A stretch of DNA of 63,837 nt, counting the filler, from Craspedostauros australis (lineage: Eukaryota): assembly GCA_030167865.1 (NCBI GenBank). It is 8 parts of 8 records of this genome, joined end to end, with 100 filler letters (N's around TTAATTAATTAA, not from the genome) between each part and the next. Parts side by side here need not be neighbours in the genome. Positions count along the whole stretch, not along the records: positions 13,844 to 41,115 come from JALAGF010003570.1; 7 more parts are not named here. One strand, given 5' to 3'. The position numbers and the translations under genes were made by a program. The notes under the pieces are model-generated. The model was not told the origin of the DNA and did no database searches. It worked only from the letters and a program-made list of their open reading frames with translations. Position 1 is the first letter of the stretch. The number at the start of each line of letters is the position of its first letter. Of this stretch, positions 23,619-35,654 are shown in pieces.

Positions 23619-24443
23619 CTATCTCTTGGCTGCATCGCGCTGATCCATTCGGCCCATGCGGAAGGCTGCCATCTGCGACTCTCTCGTAATGTGCTTGTAC
23701 TTCATGGCGAGGCGCTCCATTCGATCGAGGCTCGTGTCCTTGGCATCGCCATCGTCGCTTTGCCGCCTGCCGACGGGCTTGGCGGACGGCTGCGCTGGCA
23801 CAGAGAGCGGCTGCTGGTGGTCGCCATGCTGCTGCTCTTGAAGGACGACCTGGCGGGCCATCTTGCGGCGCTGATAGCGCTGCTTGACGACCCTTGGGAG
23901 CCGGCACTCCAGGCCTCTTGTGCACAGGTCCTCCTTCTGAGCGATCGCCGCAGCGCCCCCGCTCTGCATCTCCCCGACGATGGCCTTGTTCTCCGTCTTG
24001 ATGACCTCGAGCTCGTTGGCGCCGTACCAGGACTGCTGGCGTTCCTTTGGCGTGTAGTCCGACAGCAGCAGCGACTTGCGGACCTTGACCGATGGGGAGA
24101 AGGAGACCGATCGCCGGCTGCCGGTGGAGGACAGGCTTTGGTTGCTGCTGTTGTGGAAGGATTGATTTGACAGGAGAGACGGCCGCCGCTGCCTCCTTCC
24201 TTCATGCGAAGACAGCGAAAGCGAAAGCGAGGAGGACCGTCTCATGAGCGGCTTCGATTTGGTGGAATGGGTCGAGCTGATGGTGAAGTCATCGCATTCG
24301 AGCATCTGCTGGCCGTTCGCGGTGGAGTATTGGTAGGCTTCCGTCGCGGAGCCGCTCGGGCAGGCGTCGTTGTTCCGCGCCGCGCTCTTGATGGCGATGG
24401 TGCGAGGAGGCGACGAGCTCGGGGGGATGGAGCAGGGTGGCAT
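23619..24443 (-). CDS. Uncharacterised diatom-type family protein (VxF...WY...CxRGLE...VLxEQ...AxxxGxxD), 274 aa
   Basis: RSVSFSPSVKVR, DYT.KE....WY...EL..IK, LCTRGLE, VVLQEQ, LA..Y......S...A...G..D; ATG 24443 follows an A/C-rich leader; GC-rich codon bias. Confidence 0.75.
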   Translation of the reverse strand: MPPCSIPPSSSPPRTIAIKSAARNNDACPSGSATEAYQYSTANGQQMLECDDFTISSTHSTKSKPLMRRSSSLSLSLSSHEGRRQRRPSLLSNQSFHNSSNQSLSSTGSRRSVSFSPSVKVRKSLLLSDYTPKERQQSWYGANELEVIKTENKAIVGEMQSGGAAAIAQKEDLCTRGLECRLPRVVKQRYQRRKMARQVVLQEQQHGDHQQPLSVPAQPSAKPVGRRQSDDGDAKDTSLDRMERLAMKYKHITRESQMAAFRMGRMDQRDAAKR

Positions 24444-27400
24444 GGTTGCTGTTGATATAGACAATGTACTCGTGCTGGCTGTGTGCTTGATTCGCGTGCG
24501 GGTGATGATCCGTTTTGTGATTTTGTGGGTCGTTGAGCTCCAATCCGATCTGATCCAAAACAACGTGGTGCGATGTGATGTAACGCGAAAGGCGTGTTTT
24601 GCGCGTTTTGTGTGTTGTGTTGTGTGGTGTAGCACCGTGTCGTGTTGTGAGATGATTCGCCGCACGGATTCGTGGTCTTGCGCGGTTGTCTGGGTCCTTT
24701 TTGTGACCATTGACGAACTTCGCGCGAATGCCCGTAGCGCCCTCGACACAAACCAGCTGTGACTTTCGATGGTGTCAAAGAAAACGAGAGGGGGGAGAAA
24801 TGTGTTGCGGTGAGATGCGGCGAGATGCGGTACGATGGATTACGCGTATCCGTGGCGGGCAACGAAATGCTGCGATCCAAATCGGCACACGGTGTCTGGC
24901 GATGCTGATGCCAGTGTACTGGTTTGATAGTACAAAAAAGCACCTCGTGGATGCCAATCTGGGTGTCGACGTGGATGATGCTTTGAGAACCTCCAAGGGT
25001 TTCTCCCAGCAAAGCCTTCTTTCGCAGGTTTCTGATTCTCGGATGGGTTCTACTATAAGATGGATTGTGATCGTGAGCCTCTATACTTGTAGAGAGGCAT
25101 TGGAACAGTATTATAGATCGTACTTGTGTTGGTGCTCGATGCTTGGTTGACCCAGTGTCCAGAAATGCGTTGGGGGGCTTGTTCCCTTTTCTTTTCCCAG
25201 GTTACGAGCCATTCCTCTCTTGGTGGATTCGGCTCTCCGAAGTCCAATCTACCACTCCTCCACCGTGATTATCAGGATTGCACGATTAGCTCGTATGCAT
25301 CGTTGTTTGGTAGTTCATGGCTCGTCTGTATGCAACAATGCGCTCATCTACTGTTCGCAGAAGACGGAAAGGAGAGTGAATCTGCCACGAGAGAGGTAAT
25401 GGCGATCGCAGAATACCCCCGCCCGCTAACACCCCACGTCGACTGGTTCGCGCGCTGGGGGACGCGCAACCAATGCGGCGATCTCTTTTGATACTCGCGT
25501 CTTCATCTGTTTTAACGAAAGGCTGTGCCGGAGCAGTGGTTCCTCTGTTCTGGACGAAATGCCGGAACTCGCACCCATGCAGAAGAACAGGACAGAGTAG
25601 CCGTACGACTATTAGCGCACGTATTCCACTTGTTGGCACACTCGTCCACGCCACAACACATCGCAATAACTGTGAGCGTGGAAGTGACGAAAAAACCGAA
25701 ATTGTGGCAATGTGCACGTTGCGACATCAAGTCGAGGCAACCAACTTGGCTGAACAAGTCCCGGTCATTGGACCATGTGGCATCTGTAGAAACATGACAT
25801 GTATCCATTTAACAGCGATTTTCATCGTCAGGGATTCAATCGCACGCTTTCCGTAAATTTGTGACTTGTTTCCATCGTTTTTCATCTTGGTTGTGCGTCA
25901 CATCACAACACTTCCACTTACCAGATAGCGCATCAAATGTGCCCTTGACAGGAGACATGCTCACTGTCACAAGGCACAAGCGCACGTCCCATGACAAAGA
26001 ACCGAGGACCTACGATTGGAACAATTATTGCGCGAAACAAGATGCCATGCCACATGACCGAATCGTTTTGCCCAATCCCGATGCGAGGCCGACTTCGTCA
26101 CAAGATGCCTCTTCTGTTGCGATGTCATCACTGGGCGCGTTTACAACCTTTGAGATTCGTTGCCTCTGTTTCATCGTCTCCGCTCCCGATCCCACAGCAT
26201 GGCCAAGGTCCTGCGTTTTCACGTTTAGCGTCTCAGAAACACAATCCAGAAACCGAACTTTGAATCTGTGTGCCGATGACAGGATTCATGGCCCATGACC
26301 TCCTCCGGTCAACCCAGCGCCGCTTGGACTGCCGACCATGAGCGTACCAGACAAACACTCTTGAGTATTGGTGTGTACCACCTATTCCGGGAAGTACGCA
26401 GCTCGTGTCACATCAGTGAATGTGCCATGCATAGTAGATCGTACTCTACCATGACAGGCATCCGTCATAACAGTGCGAGCTACGAGGAGGGCGAGTATGA
26501 TCGCATCGCCAACACTACCACAGAGGAGCTTTCCTGCCGCAAGGACAAAAGCGCAGAATGCTCTCCTCGTATGCTGATTAAATGTCTCACCTGCGTGGCT
26601 CGAGAGGAAGGTCGATTCCGCCTTTCATCTGTTCCCATCTGCGTGCCCTCTTTCTTGCGGTTGCTTCTTCGATCAGGGCATCGCCATCGTGCGCGCATCC
26701 AGCCCCCTTGGATCAGACATGACGATTTGCACATCGCCAAAGAATACGAGAGGGTGCTGATACACAAGGATGCAACGAACACAAACTCGGTAGAAACCTG
26801 GCGCAAGATGGACTCAGCCCCTTCGTATGAGCTACTCGCATCGTCTCGGGATGTGATCCACCGAGAGAAGACCTGATCGATTCCATAGCCCACCACAGAA
26901 CCACTGAACCGCTGGACGGTCAGCGACGACACCCGCAACTAGCGGCGGAGCGACGGCGCACAAGTGCACTCTCAAGTTACCGCTGGTATCGTGTGATCTT
27001 CACGCTTTGGAAATGCTCGGCCGTGGTCTTGGCCAACCTCGAAAACAGCAACAACGACCACGTCGCCGATGGTCATGGCGGCAAAATTCGGCAAAATTCG
27101 GCAAAGCACTTGAACTTGTCCCCGCGAGCGTCTTTGCGAAAAGACATGAGCAGCGACGTGGAATTGCCCACGCACACACAAAACAGAGGTGGATCCCTCC
27201 ACGGGCGGAGAATAAGAAAGGCATCGTCGCTATGCGAGTACGGATAGAGAAGGATGCGCTTTGTTCCCTCTACCCATCAGTATCATGGGTACGCTTGTAG
27301 GCTACGAGGCCAAGAGTACACGCAGCAACTCAGCGACACCAGCACCCGCAGCAGAGTGCTGATTTCCCCACCCCTGCCGCTACGATTGAAGCACGCATCA

Positions 27401-27470
27401 TGTTGACCGTCGTTCTTCTTTGCAGATGGCCTTGGGTCAGGCGATGATGGGTTTCAATGCTTCTTGTGAT

Positions 27471-27497
27471 CCCTCTCTCTCTCTCTCTCTCTCTCTC
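27471..27497. repeat. (CT)n microsatellite
   Basis: Directly visible. Confidence 0.9.
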
Positions 27498-28155
27498 GAC
27501 GCGGCATTTCACCGAATGCCAGCCAGGGTTCGATCCGCGCAAGGTATCTTTACGCCTTGGTGTCACCATGTGAACACTGGCGGCCTCAAGATCCAGTTGA
27601 GCAAGCGGATCACATCAGGAATACCCAAACCTGGCACAGACGAAATCCAGAGTTCCTGCGGTTCCAATTGGCGGCGTTCGTCCTCACACCATGCAGTAGC
27701 TCGTACGAGTGCATTCTCGTGTGTTACCACTTGCTACTACTACTCGTACGATGACCGGGACGTGGCGTCTCTCACCAGAGCGCACACGAATGCTGTCGCA
27801 TGCGCTCCTCCTCCTCCACGCTTCTGCTCCGACTCGATCTTGGTCGGGTTGGCATGGGATTCGCCACGAGATATGCTCCGTCTTCTCTGTTTTGTTTTTG
27901 GTTCGGGCCCTTGCTTCTGCCCAGGAGTCGAAGGTGTGGGCCATTCCACTCGTACGGCCAGCGAATCAACCGGTTGGATCACGCCTGATGCACCACGGAA
28001 TGTGTGTCTTTTACTTGTCGCCCCTGGCCGTGTGCACGCATCAATCTCGCGGAGCATCGGATTCCCACCATGACACCGCGCCCCGTACATCGGGCATGGG
28101 GGAAGACACTGTTTGACCTCCTGGCGCTACGCCGAACGCGCGCTGTCGGTCAGCT

Positions 28156-31100
28156 TCAATGAAGCAAGAAAAGGCAATCTTCCAGCTTGATGGCAGGATT
28201 CGGCCGCCGGTCTTGGGTGTCGCTCTCGCCTCCTGCCTGATCAACGACGCATCGAATGGCCTTCACAACCTCCGGATGACATCTACTGCTTTCTGGACTC
28301 GCCCCAGGCTTGGTGCTTCCGTACTTGAGCAACAGCTTTGTCGAAATATCGGCCAGTCTCCGAGCTTCCTTCTTGTTTCTGTTCGCCCCTGATCCATGCA
28401 ACACCACGGCTGCCGCAAGCAAAATGCTGTGTAAAGAGGCAAAGATCAATGGTGATCTCGTAACGTGGAATGGGAACGATCCAGCAATTGGAGAGGATCC
28501 TGATGTTCCTTCGGTGTGCGACTGCTGGAGCTGCTGATCGCCCTGTTCCATCTGATCCATGCATTCCAAGCATTGCTGGACGGTCGTCAGGACATCGGCG
28601 CGAAGGGCTTCCAGATTGCCCACGACGGAACTGCCTCTTTTGCCACTATCGATGTCAGCGTCATCACTGTTGCGCGCACAGTCCGCCCTGTCGCCCGCGT
28701 GGTCCTCGCCGGTATGGTTGTTCCACCACGACAGTACCTCCAGCTGGATTGCGAGGCATTTGTCATATGATTGGTTCGGTTCTTCCTTCTCGAAGATCTT
28801 GCGCGTCGTCGTTGAATTGTAGATGTGCTCCAGAGTCTCCACCTCCTGCAGGTAGCTCGATTCCAGCATGTACGCCTTGAGTTTCGCCACAATGCCATCG
28901 CTGGTCTTCATCGCTGTAGCCAAGGCGATCGCTATGCTTGTGGAAACACCGCGACGTTCTGTTGCCACGCTACCATCGCGTTGTCCTCTTGTGAACACGT
29001 GCTGCAGCAACATCGAAGGTGTCACGTCGTCCATGGCATCAATCTTTTCAACCTCGTGGAGATCGTCAGGCTTGGCGTGTGCTCGTACAAACACCGTTTG
29101 GGAGACTGCACGTGCGGCGGCCTCACGAACATCCTGATCATTATCCTGGAGCATCATCGTCAGCAGTGCAAATAATCGCTGTCTCGTTTTGGACATGGCA
29201 TCGTCTGTGGGCGTTGCGGCCCTTCCCTCAGCTCCTGTCGATGATGCTCCATTCAAATCACCGATAGTCGCCAACAGTCCGGACATTTGGATTGCGATGA
29301 CTACGCTGTGGCGACATCTCCAGTACGAGTCGCCGTTCACAAGCTCGGCACAGCGATCGACGAACGTGCTGAGCCTGGTGGTCTCGCTGTCGGCAGCAGT
29401 GGAGATAGTCTCATGGGCGGGAGGAAGGTCGTGTTCGGCAGCGGATAGAGCAATGGCCATCATTTCAACAGTATTTGCCAGCAAGCGGTAACCATCTGTG
29501 CTGCTGAATGCATCGGATGCACTTTTCCTCCGGCTTGGGACGGAGACTGAATTCTCCACATGTTCCATCGACCTTGCGACATTCCAGATGAGATCTTTGC
29601 TCTCGACTCGGCGAGGCTTGGCCATCGCATCTTGAGGTCGTGGCTTTTCAGCACCCGAGGCATCCATGATCGCATAAATGCACTCCAGATAGCATCGCGA
29701 TAAGCGTCGGACCGTTGGCGGATGCGGCTGGGTGGATGCTTCATTCGTCACATCTGTACCAGCGCCAATCCCAGTCCCAGTAACATCGATGTTGCTGCTG
29801 CTGTTGCCAGCTCCGCGTTTTGACTCGTTATGGAGGCACGTCAACAAGGTGCCGGCGATTCTTGATAGGGCGGCAACTCTGGTTTCTGAGGCTGAGAACA
29901 GGCTCTGGGCGTCTGCTATGCGTTGATCCATCGACTTCTTGAATGTCTTGACGGCTGAAAATCTCACATCCAGATCGTCATGTTCGAAGAGGGATCGCAT
30001 GTGGGCGAGGTGGGCATCGAATGCGGCCTCTTCCACGATGGCATCAGTAGACCAAAGAACTCGCGAGAGCACTCTGGCATTGAGGGTGCCGACTGTAATT
30101 CTGAGCTTGGAGAATCCCACGGAGTTACCGCAGTCGCGCGCGAGCCATTTCTTTGCGGCTTGCAGTATCACTGGATGATGCTCAGCAGCAACCCTTTCCA
30201 CCATGTCATCGAGGCAGGCGACATATGTCTCCAAACAAGGCGGTGGAACCTCGCGTTCTTCGAAGATGTCAGAATGAAGCAGTCTTTGTCTGCACGACTC
30301 TCCATCGAGAAAGTCGGAGCTTAGCAAACCCCGAATGCCAAGGAGGCTGCCGTGGATATGATTGAAGTCGACCTGCTTTGGGCTGCAGGCTGCGGTACCG
30401 ATCACATGATCGAGGCACTCGTTGAAAATGGTGGCGTGGTTGCCAGAGCAAATGTTGGCGAGAGCCCTAGCAGCGGCTGCTCTGACAGAAAAATCTCTAT
30501 TCTGCAAGCACCGTTGGACCAAAGGGATGAACGAGCTGATGTGCCCAGATGCAAGCGTCCCAGACGCAGCTACAGATTGCACTCGCGACAGCAGCAGTAG
30601 AATAGGGTGAATCTGCTTCTCGACGCTGTCAAATAGGTCCACCGTAGCTTGCGAACTTGATGCAACGCCCGAACGCAGCATGGATTTGAGGAATGGAAGC
30701 AGCGCGGGATAGCGACGGGCCAATTCTGATACGGTGATGGCGTTGCTGCTGGTCGTGTCCTTGTTGGATGCGTTCTTGTCGGGGTCGATGGAACGGAGCA
30801 TCGCGGCTGCGAACACCATGGTCGAGGAGTTGCGCACCGCCCAGGCCAGGTCGTTGTACCCCAACAGCGATGCAACGACGGCGTCACCGATCATGAGCCG
30901 CACTTCGTTCGCTAGCGGTGCATCGAGGAGAATCAGCCTCAGCACGTTCATGGCGTGCACCCGCGTCTGTGCGCTGGAAGTCTCCTCGGAACGCCCCTCG
31001 TGAAACACATCGTCATGCTTCAGAAAGCTGAACGCGCCGTCCAGTTGCCCCACGTCGATGTCGAGCCGGGAGAGCGACAGCTTCACCGAATCGGGTGAGG

Positions 31101-34100
31101 GCAACGTGAACTTGAGGAGCTGCTTCAATGAAGTCTGGCAAAGACCCGCAGATGATGCGGGTGCTGAGAGTGACACGCTCGCCCGCATGATGGCAAGGAA
31201 GCCAAGGCCGTATCCTGTGCTGCGGCGCAAGGTCGAATCTCGAACTTTGTCCGATTCCGATATCTCGTCGAAGAGCCGGTCGATCCACTGCCTGAGGAGA
31301 TCCTTTGCGTCATCGCCGAGCCGGCCTGATATGCATGCTGTCGCAATCTGCTGCAAGGCATCGTGCGCCGCAAAAGCTGCACCGGCATGCTTCAGCGACG
31401 CGAGTGTATTGATGAGCAGTATGCCAACGTCGTTGATGACCTTCGTGGATGCCACGTACTCTTCGACGGATATTGTAGCTGCCACCGCCGCGCAAGCCTC
31501 TTTCGTGAGCAACCACGACCCGACGACGACCCGTTGAAATGCGAGCCTTCGGATCAACTCGGCATCATCGGAGATTTGGACGGATGTGAACGTTCCATTT
31601 GCCCCGATGGCGCCGGTGTTCACATTCAGAGGAGTACCTGCTGTCGCTCCTGATCCCGGCGGTGGCATGCCATCAAATGCCAAGTCGTCGTCATCATCAA
31701 GCCCTTCAAGGCTGGCACCTGCGTGAATGTCTGCTACGATGGACAGCGACATCTTCAGCGCCTTGCCCAGTTCCGTAAGGAGTCTGCTGTACGTATCATC
31801 GGAAATGACCTGAAGATCGGCAGCACCCCGTCTCGACTTTAATGACGGAATTTGTTCGATGCAAAGCCTGATGCCATGAATAACACCATGCGCGAGTGGG
31901 AGATCCCTTCCATCTCGATCCGCGGACCCACTGAACAGGGCATGCAGATGAGTCTTCGTTTCCGCCAGTCTCTGAGTCAGCAGACCAAGAAGCATGTCGA
32001 AGAATGAGGTCCTTTCGATGCCAGCGGGCCGCAATAAGAACAGAAATACCAACATCCTTGCACCTGTGTCCGCCTCTCTTTGCCTTGGGGATGATGCCAG
32101 GTAGATGGCTCGCTTTGCTATGATTTGCCTTGATGCCGCTGACGCGTACTCGGCTGGAAATTCAATGCCGTGCTCATTGGCTGCATGGACCAATCTCGAA
32201 AGTGTTCGAAATGCCAGGGATCGAATTGCATCCCAGTCCGACTGCAGAAGTCCGAATGCAACAGCGATGGTCGAAGCATCGCCAACCACCACCTGCAAGA
32301 TGCGATGGGCGGTCCTCGTCTCAATTGCAGAGCGTCTGCGCTTGAAGATTGAGCTGTTCTTCGCGGCAGACTTCTCGTTGCTCAGGCTCTGATCCTGCGT
32401 CGCGAATCCAAGGATGCATGCAAGGAATGACAAGCAGGATGATTCCTTCTCCATGATGGTGCCTGGGTACGCGTGTTGACGGATCAAGAAGTCATGAATC
32501 AAATCATTGGTCACGAAGCCATACAGTCCCTCGAGGATGCTCGTTTCGTCTTGGTCGGTGTTTGGGGTAGGAGCGGGAGGAGAAGGATTGGCAGCGGTAG
32601 TGGCGGAACGCGCTCCAGCAGAAATGCACCGACCCTCATCTTGCATGTACCTCTCTAGAAAGCCACACAAGCATTGCAGGATGTTGTTGATGTAGTCCTT
32701 GCTTTCAGTCGATCGCAGTGAGCTGGGCAACGCCACTTTCCAAAGCCGCGCTTCATCTGCGATGGACAATCGCAAAGCCGGTAGCGCTTGGCAAGCGGCG
32801 ATTCGGACAGCTTCGTTGCAATGCACCATCGCCATCTCGACCTGATTGTGTGATAAGTTCGCAGCGATGGATTGTGCAAAGACCTCATCCGCGGCTTTCT
32901 GCGCATGCACTTGCCGAATGGTCTCGAGCTTCGCCCACAGCAATCGATGTCGAAGTTCATCGTGGGATGTCCGTTGGACGTGATGATCGTTCGCTTCGAT
33001 GGCCGAAAGCATGGACGCGAATGCTGCCGAAGTCCTCGGTCGCAGCACTTTGCTGCGCTTCATGTAATCCGCTAATCTCGGTATGCAAAAGGAAGAAACT
33101 TGCTTTCGTCGGCTGAGAATGGGATCAAGCAGCGCTCGGACAAGTGATTCAATCCAGAATCCCGTCCATCGATGGAAGGCGTGATCGTCATTATCATTGG
33201 ACTTGTCTGATTTAGTTGCAGCTTGCGTAGTGGCGTTCTTGATGCCTTGGTGGAGTTGGGTCCACAGATGGTTGAGGATGCTGATCCAAAGATCCGCTAT
33301 CGCACCCGTATTGCCACCACGATCGCCAATACCATCCAACAAGGTTTCGGGGTGAATCGTGAGGTCGTGCGACTGTGATGGCTCGACGACGTTGACCTTG
33401 GGCAGCAGGGCCTCCAACGCCAGGTAGCGCCCCTTGCGATGGGCCGGCTGTTCCACAACGCGCAGCGTCAGCGATTTGAGCGCAGCGTCGTCGAGATATG
33501 ATATCAGCGCCGCGAAAAGTCCCGGCAGCATCGTGCCTATCTTCCGCATCGGCGGATTTTCCCATTCGTGCATGACGATGTCGAGAGTTTCATCGATCAA
33601 CACTGGCGCTGCTGAGAATGCGACCGATTGCGGGTCGGCAGGCGTTTTGGTGATCGACTTGTAGCGGTTCAGCACGCCTGACAATGCGCTGAGGGCACCG
33701 AAACGGACTGCGGGATCCGAAGCGCTGTGCTTGGTTGTGATGATGTGACGCCACACTTTTTCCAGGAGCGTGGTTCGAACATCCTGTTCGCCATGATGAA
33801 CGGTGATTTGCGTGCACAGAACTTGCGACGTCAGGCTGCCCACGAGACCTTGAATGAGCGAAAGATGAGCCTGCAGCGGCAGGTGGTTGAAGTCCGATTC
33901 GATTGTTGAATCTCCGGAGGACCGATCCAGTTGGTCCAGCAGGTCCGTGGCGGTGCTGCAGGGGTCAGCTGATGATTTCAAAATGAGCTTGGCGTACGCA
34001 ATGCCGACGATCTTGTGCTCAAACTGGATCATGGGACAGGACATGAGCGAGAGCAAAAATCGCTTGATCTGTCCCAACAGCGATGGCTGTGGAAGGGACG

Positions 34101-34992
34101 AGCGATCCTGCTGTCCCATCTTCCCTTCCTTGCTGCCACCACTGCTGCTACTGCTGCTGCTGCCCGACAGCGAGATCTTGATCATCTCCGCTATCTTCAA
34201 ACCATCCTTCATGAACGTTTGGTCACCATCGAGCTGCGCCTGGTCGAACTCTCCCAAGTACCGCCGCAGCTTGGCCGCGTGGAGGTATTGGAACAGGTCC
34301 TGCTGCCCTTGGGGTTTCTGCAGCATCTTTGCCATGGGCTCGTACGTGACGATGATCTCCAGCGCGTCCATCGGCGAATCCCAGCACGGACCAGTTTCGG
34401 CGGAGTTCCACAAGGAGCGAAGAACGTCATTGCGGATGTTGAGATCTGTCATCCCGGTTCCGCCGCCCGCAATGAAATCGGCAAGCGTCGAAAGGTTCGT
34501 CTGGATGGCCCGGCGCAGCGGAAGCGGCGTCTGATGCGAGAAGGACCACTCCAGCTGCAAGCGGTAGATCGCGCACAAATCCTGATGCGTTGCGAAGTGC
34601 GACAGCGTCCCTCTCTTTTGATGCAGCAGGAGCTGATTCTTGAACTGCTGCAGATGCTTGAGCTGCTCCTTGATCGCCGCGGAATGCCTCAAGTTCCAGC
34701 AGAGCGTTGTGCAGGCCGATGTTGCAGGGATCTGCGACGGATCGCTGAGGCCCTCGATGGCAGACAGGATCCGCAGTGCGGCCGTCAAGCTCTCCTCATG
34801 CATCCAGTCGTCACTGACTTCCGCAGATCCATGCCGTTGATCCTGTTGATGCCGTTCTCCACCCTGCGCGTCATCGATCCTGCTGCTGCCGTCAAGCTGC
34901 CGTCGGAAGCAATGGTGGATCGGCCCATCATGAGGGAACGCAACCGGTTGCGACGATTTCAGAGACTTCGACTGCGTCTTTCCTTTGCCCAT
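28156..34992 (-). CDS. THADA: THADA/Trm732 homologue (DUF2428, HEAT/ARM repeats), cofactor for tRNA position-32 2'-O-methylation
   Basis: Uninterrupted 2278-aa ORF; VGSWLLTKEA, LKHAGAAF, TLRRSTG, RVHAMNVLRLI, WAVRNSSTMVF, RYPAL, HPILLLLSR, DQDVR motifs. Confidence 0.9.
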   Translation of the reverse strand: MGKGKTQSKSLKSSQPVAFPHDGPIHHCFRRQLDGSSRIDDAQGGERHQQDQRHGSAEVSDDWMHEESLTAALRILSAIEGLSDPSQIPATSACTTLCWNLRHSAAIKEQLKHLQQFKNQLLLHQKRGTLSHFATHQDLCAIYRLQLEWSFSHQTPLPLRRAIQTNLSTLADFIAGGGTGMTDLNIRNDVLRSLWNSAETGPCWDSPMDALEIIVTYEPMAKMLQKPQGQQDLFQYLHAAKLRRYLGEFDQAQLDGDQTFMKDGLKIAEMIKISLSGSSSSSSSGGSKEGKMGQQDRSSLPQPSLLGQIKRFLLSLMSCPMIQFEHKIVGIAYAKLILKSSADPCSTATDLLDQLDRSSGDSTIESDFNHLPLQAHLSLIQGLVGSLTSQVLCTQITVHHGEQDVRTTLLEKVWRHIITTKHSASDPAVRFGALSALSGVLNRYKSITKTPADPQSVAFSAAPVLIDETLDIVMHEWENPPMRKIGTMLPGLFAALISYLDDAALKSLTLRVVEQPAHRKGRYLALEALLPKVNVVEPSQSHDLTIHPETLLDGIGDRGGNTGAIADLWISILNHLWTQLHQGIKNATTQAATKSDKSNDNDDHAFHRWTGFWIESLVRALLDPILSRRKQVSSFCIPRLADYMKRSKVLRPRTSAAFASMLSAIEANDHHVQRTSHDELRHRLLWAKLETIRQVHAQKAADEVFAQSIAANLSHNQVEMAMVHCNEAVRIAACQALPALRLSIADEARLWKVALPSSLRSTESKDYINNILQCLCGFLERYMQDEGRCISAGARSATTAANPSPPAPTPNTDQDETSILEGLYGFVTNDLIHDFLIRQHAYPGTIMEKESSCLSFLACILGFATQDQSLSNEKSAAKNSSIFKRRRSAIETRTAHRILQVVVGDASTIAVAFGLLQSDWDAIRSLAFRTLSRLVHAANEHGIEFPAEYASAASRQIIAKRAIYLASSPRQREADTGARMLVFLFLLRPAGIERTSFFDMLLGLLTQRLAETKTHLHALFSGSADRDGRDLPLAHGVIHGIRLCIEQIPSLKSRRGAADLQVISDDTYSRLLTELGKALKMSLSIVADIHAGASLEGLDDDDDLAFDGMPPPGSGATAGTPLNVNTGAIGANGTFTSVQISDDAELIRRLAFQRVVVGSWLLTKEACAAVAATISVEEYVASTKVINDVGILLINTLASLKHAGAAFAAHDALQQIATACISGRLGDDAKDLLRQWIDRLFDEISESDKVRDSTLRRSTGYGLGFLAIMRASVSLSAPASSAGLCQTSLKQLLKFTLPSPDSVKLSLSRLDIDVGQLDGAFSFLKHDDVFHEGRSEETSSAQTRVHAMNVLRLILLDAPLANEVRLMIGDAVVASLLGYNDLAWAVRNSSTMVFAAAMLRSIDPDKNASNKDTTSSNAITVSELARRYPALLPFLKSMLRSGVASSSQATVDLFDSVEKQIHPILLLLSRVQSVAASGTLASGHISSFIPLVQRCLQNRDFSVRAAAARALANICSGNHATIFNECLDHVIGTAACSPKQVDFNHIHGSLLGIRGLLSSDFLDGESCRQRLLHSDIFEEREVPPPCLETYVACLDDMVERVAAEHHPVILQAAKKWLARDCGNSVGFSKLRITVGTLNARVLSRVLWSTDAIVEEAAFDAHLAHMRSLFEHDDLDVRFSAVKTFKKSMDQRIADAQSLFSASETRVAALSRIAGTLLTCLHNESKRGAGNSSSNIDVTGTGIGAGTDVTNEASTQPHPPTVRRLSRCYLECIYAIMDASGAEKPRPQDAMAKPRRVESKDLIWNVARSMEHVENSVSVPSRRKSASDAFSSTDGYRLLANTVEMMAIALSAAEHDLPPAHETISTAADSETTRLSTFVDRCAELVNGDSYWRCRHSVVIAIQMSGLLATIGDLNGASSTGAEGRAATPTDDAMSKTRQRLFALLTMMLQDNDQDVREAAARAVSQTVFVRAHAKPDDLHEVEKIDAMDDVTPSMLLQHVFTRGQRDGSVATERRGVSTSIAIALATAMKTSDGIVAKLKAYMLESSYLQEVETLEHIYNSTTTRKIFEKEEPNQSYDKCLAIQLEVLSWWNNHTGEDHAGDRADCARNSDDADIDSGKRGSSVVGNLEALRADVLTTVQQCLECMDQMEQGDQQLQQSHTEGTSGSSPIAGSFPFHVTRSPLIFASLHSILLAAAVVLHGSGANRNKKEARRLADISTKLLLKYGSTKPGASPESSRCHPEVVKAIRCVVDQAGGESDTQDRRPNPAIKLEDCLFLLH

Positions 34993-35654
34993 CTTGATGC
35001 TTCTTTTGGGAGCGAATGCAAACGCAAATGCAACTGATCGTGTTGGTATGCATTGCTTAGTGTTGAACTATGATACGAGTATAGCTCGTACCTGCCATCA
35101 GCAAGAGGACTCTGTGCCTCCGTTCGTCTCTTCCTCATTGGTTTGTTCGCTTCTCCTCAGTGTTGCGATCCTCCGATCCACGCTCACGTTCGCAGATTGC
35201 GTGAGAAGCGCGAGACACGATTTCTGTGTGATTTCCACAATTTCGGTGGACGTCCTCAGTTGACATTAACTAAGTACCATGCAACAACCACGATTCGTAA
35301 TAGTCGATTGAGTCAAAGAGTCAATTCATCGAAACTCTTCCATTCTCTTCTTTGGATCACCATCGATGCGAAAAGAAGATGAGGCGCATGTTTCACACAT
35401 TTCTGTCCCTCACTTTTTGTGTGGAAAATGCCGTTGTTGTTGCTTGTTGTTTGGCAGGAGTACACCAGGCCCAGCGCACCAACACACCAACACACCAACA
35501 CACCAACAAAGCAACGCAGAAGCGAAGATGCAATCGTCAACTCCTCCTTCCTCTCACAATTCCAAACTCAAACAATATTCACAACCACAACAGCAAACAA
35601 CAAGCAGCAAGCAACAAATCGCAAACGCAAGCAAAAACAGAAAAGGAAACAACC

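Noticed and set aside
27498..27545. GGTTCGATCC B-box/T-loop-like motif with a nearby hairpin
   Set aside because: No complete T stem, D arm or cloverleaf; not a tRNA
24800..28100. Many 60-220-aa ORFs in a long intergenic stretch (likewise 13844-16300 and 60400-63837)
   Set aside because: Random-looking composition with no motifs or codon bias
35321..35350. TTC/GAA cluster upstream of HSP20 as a heat-shock element
   Set aside because: Spacing does not fit alternating nGAAn units
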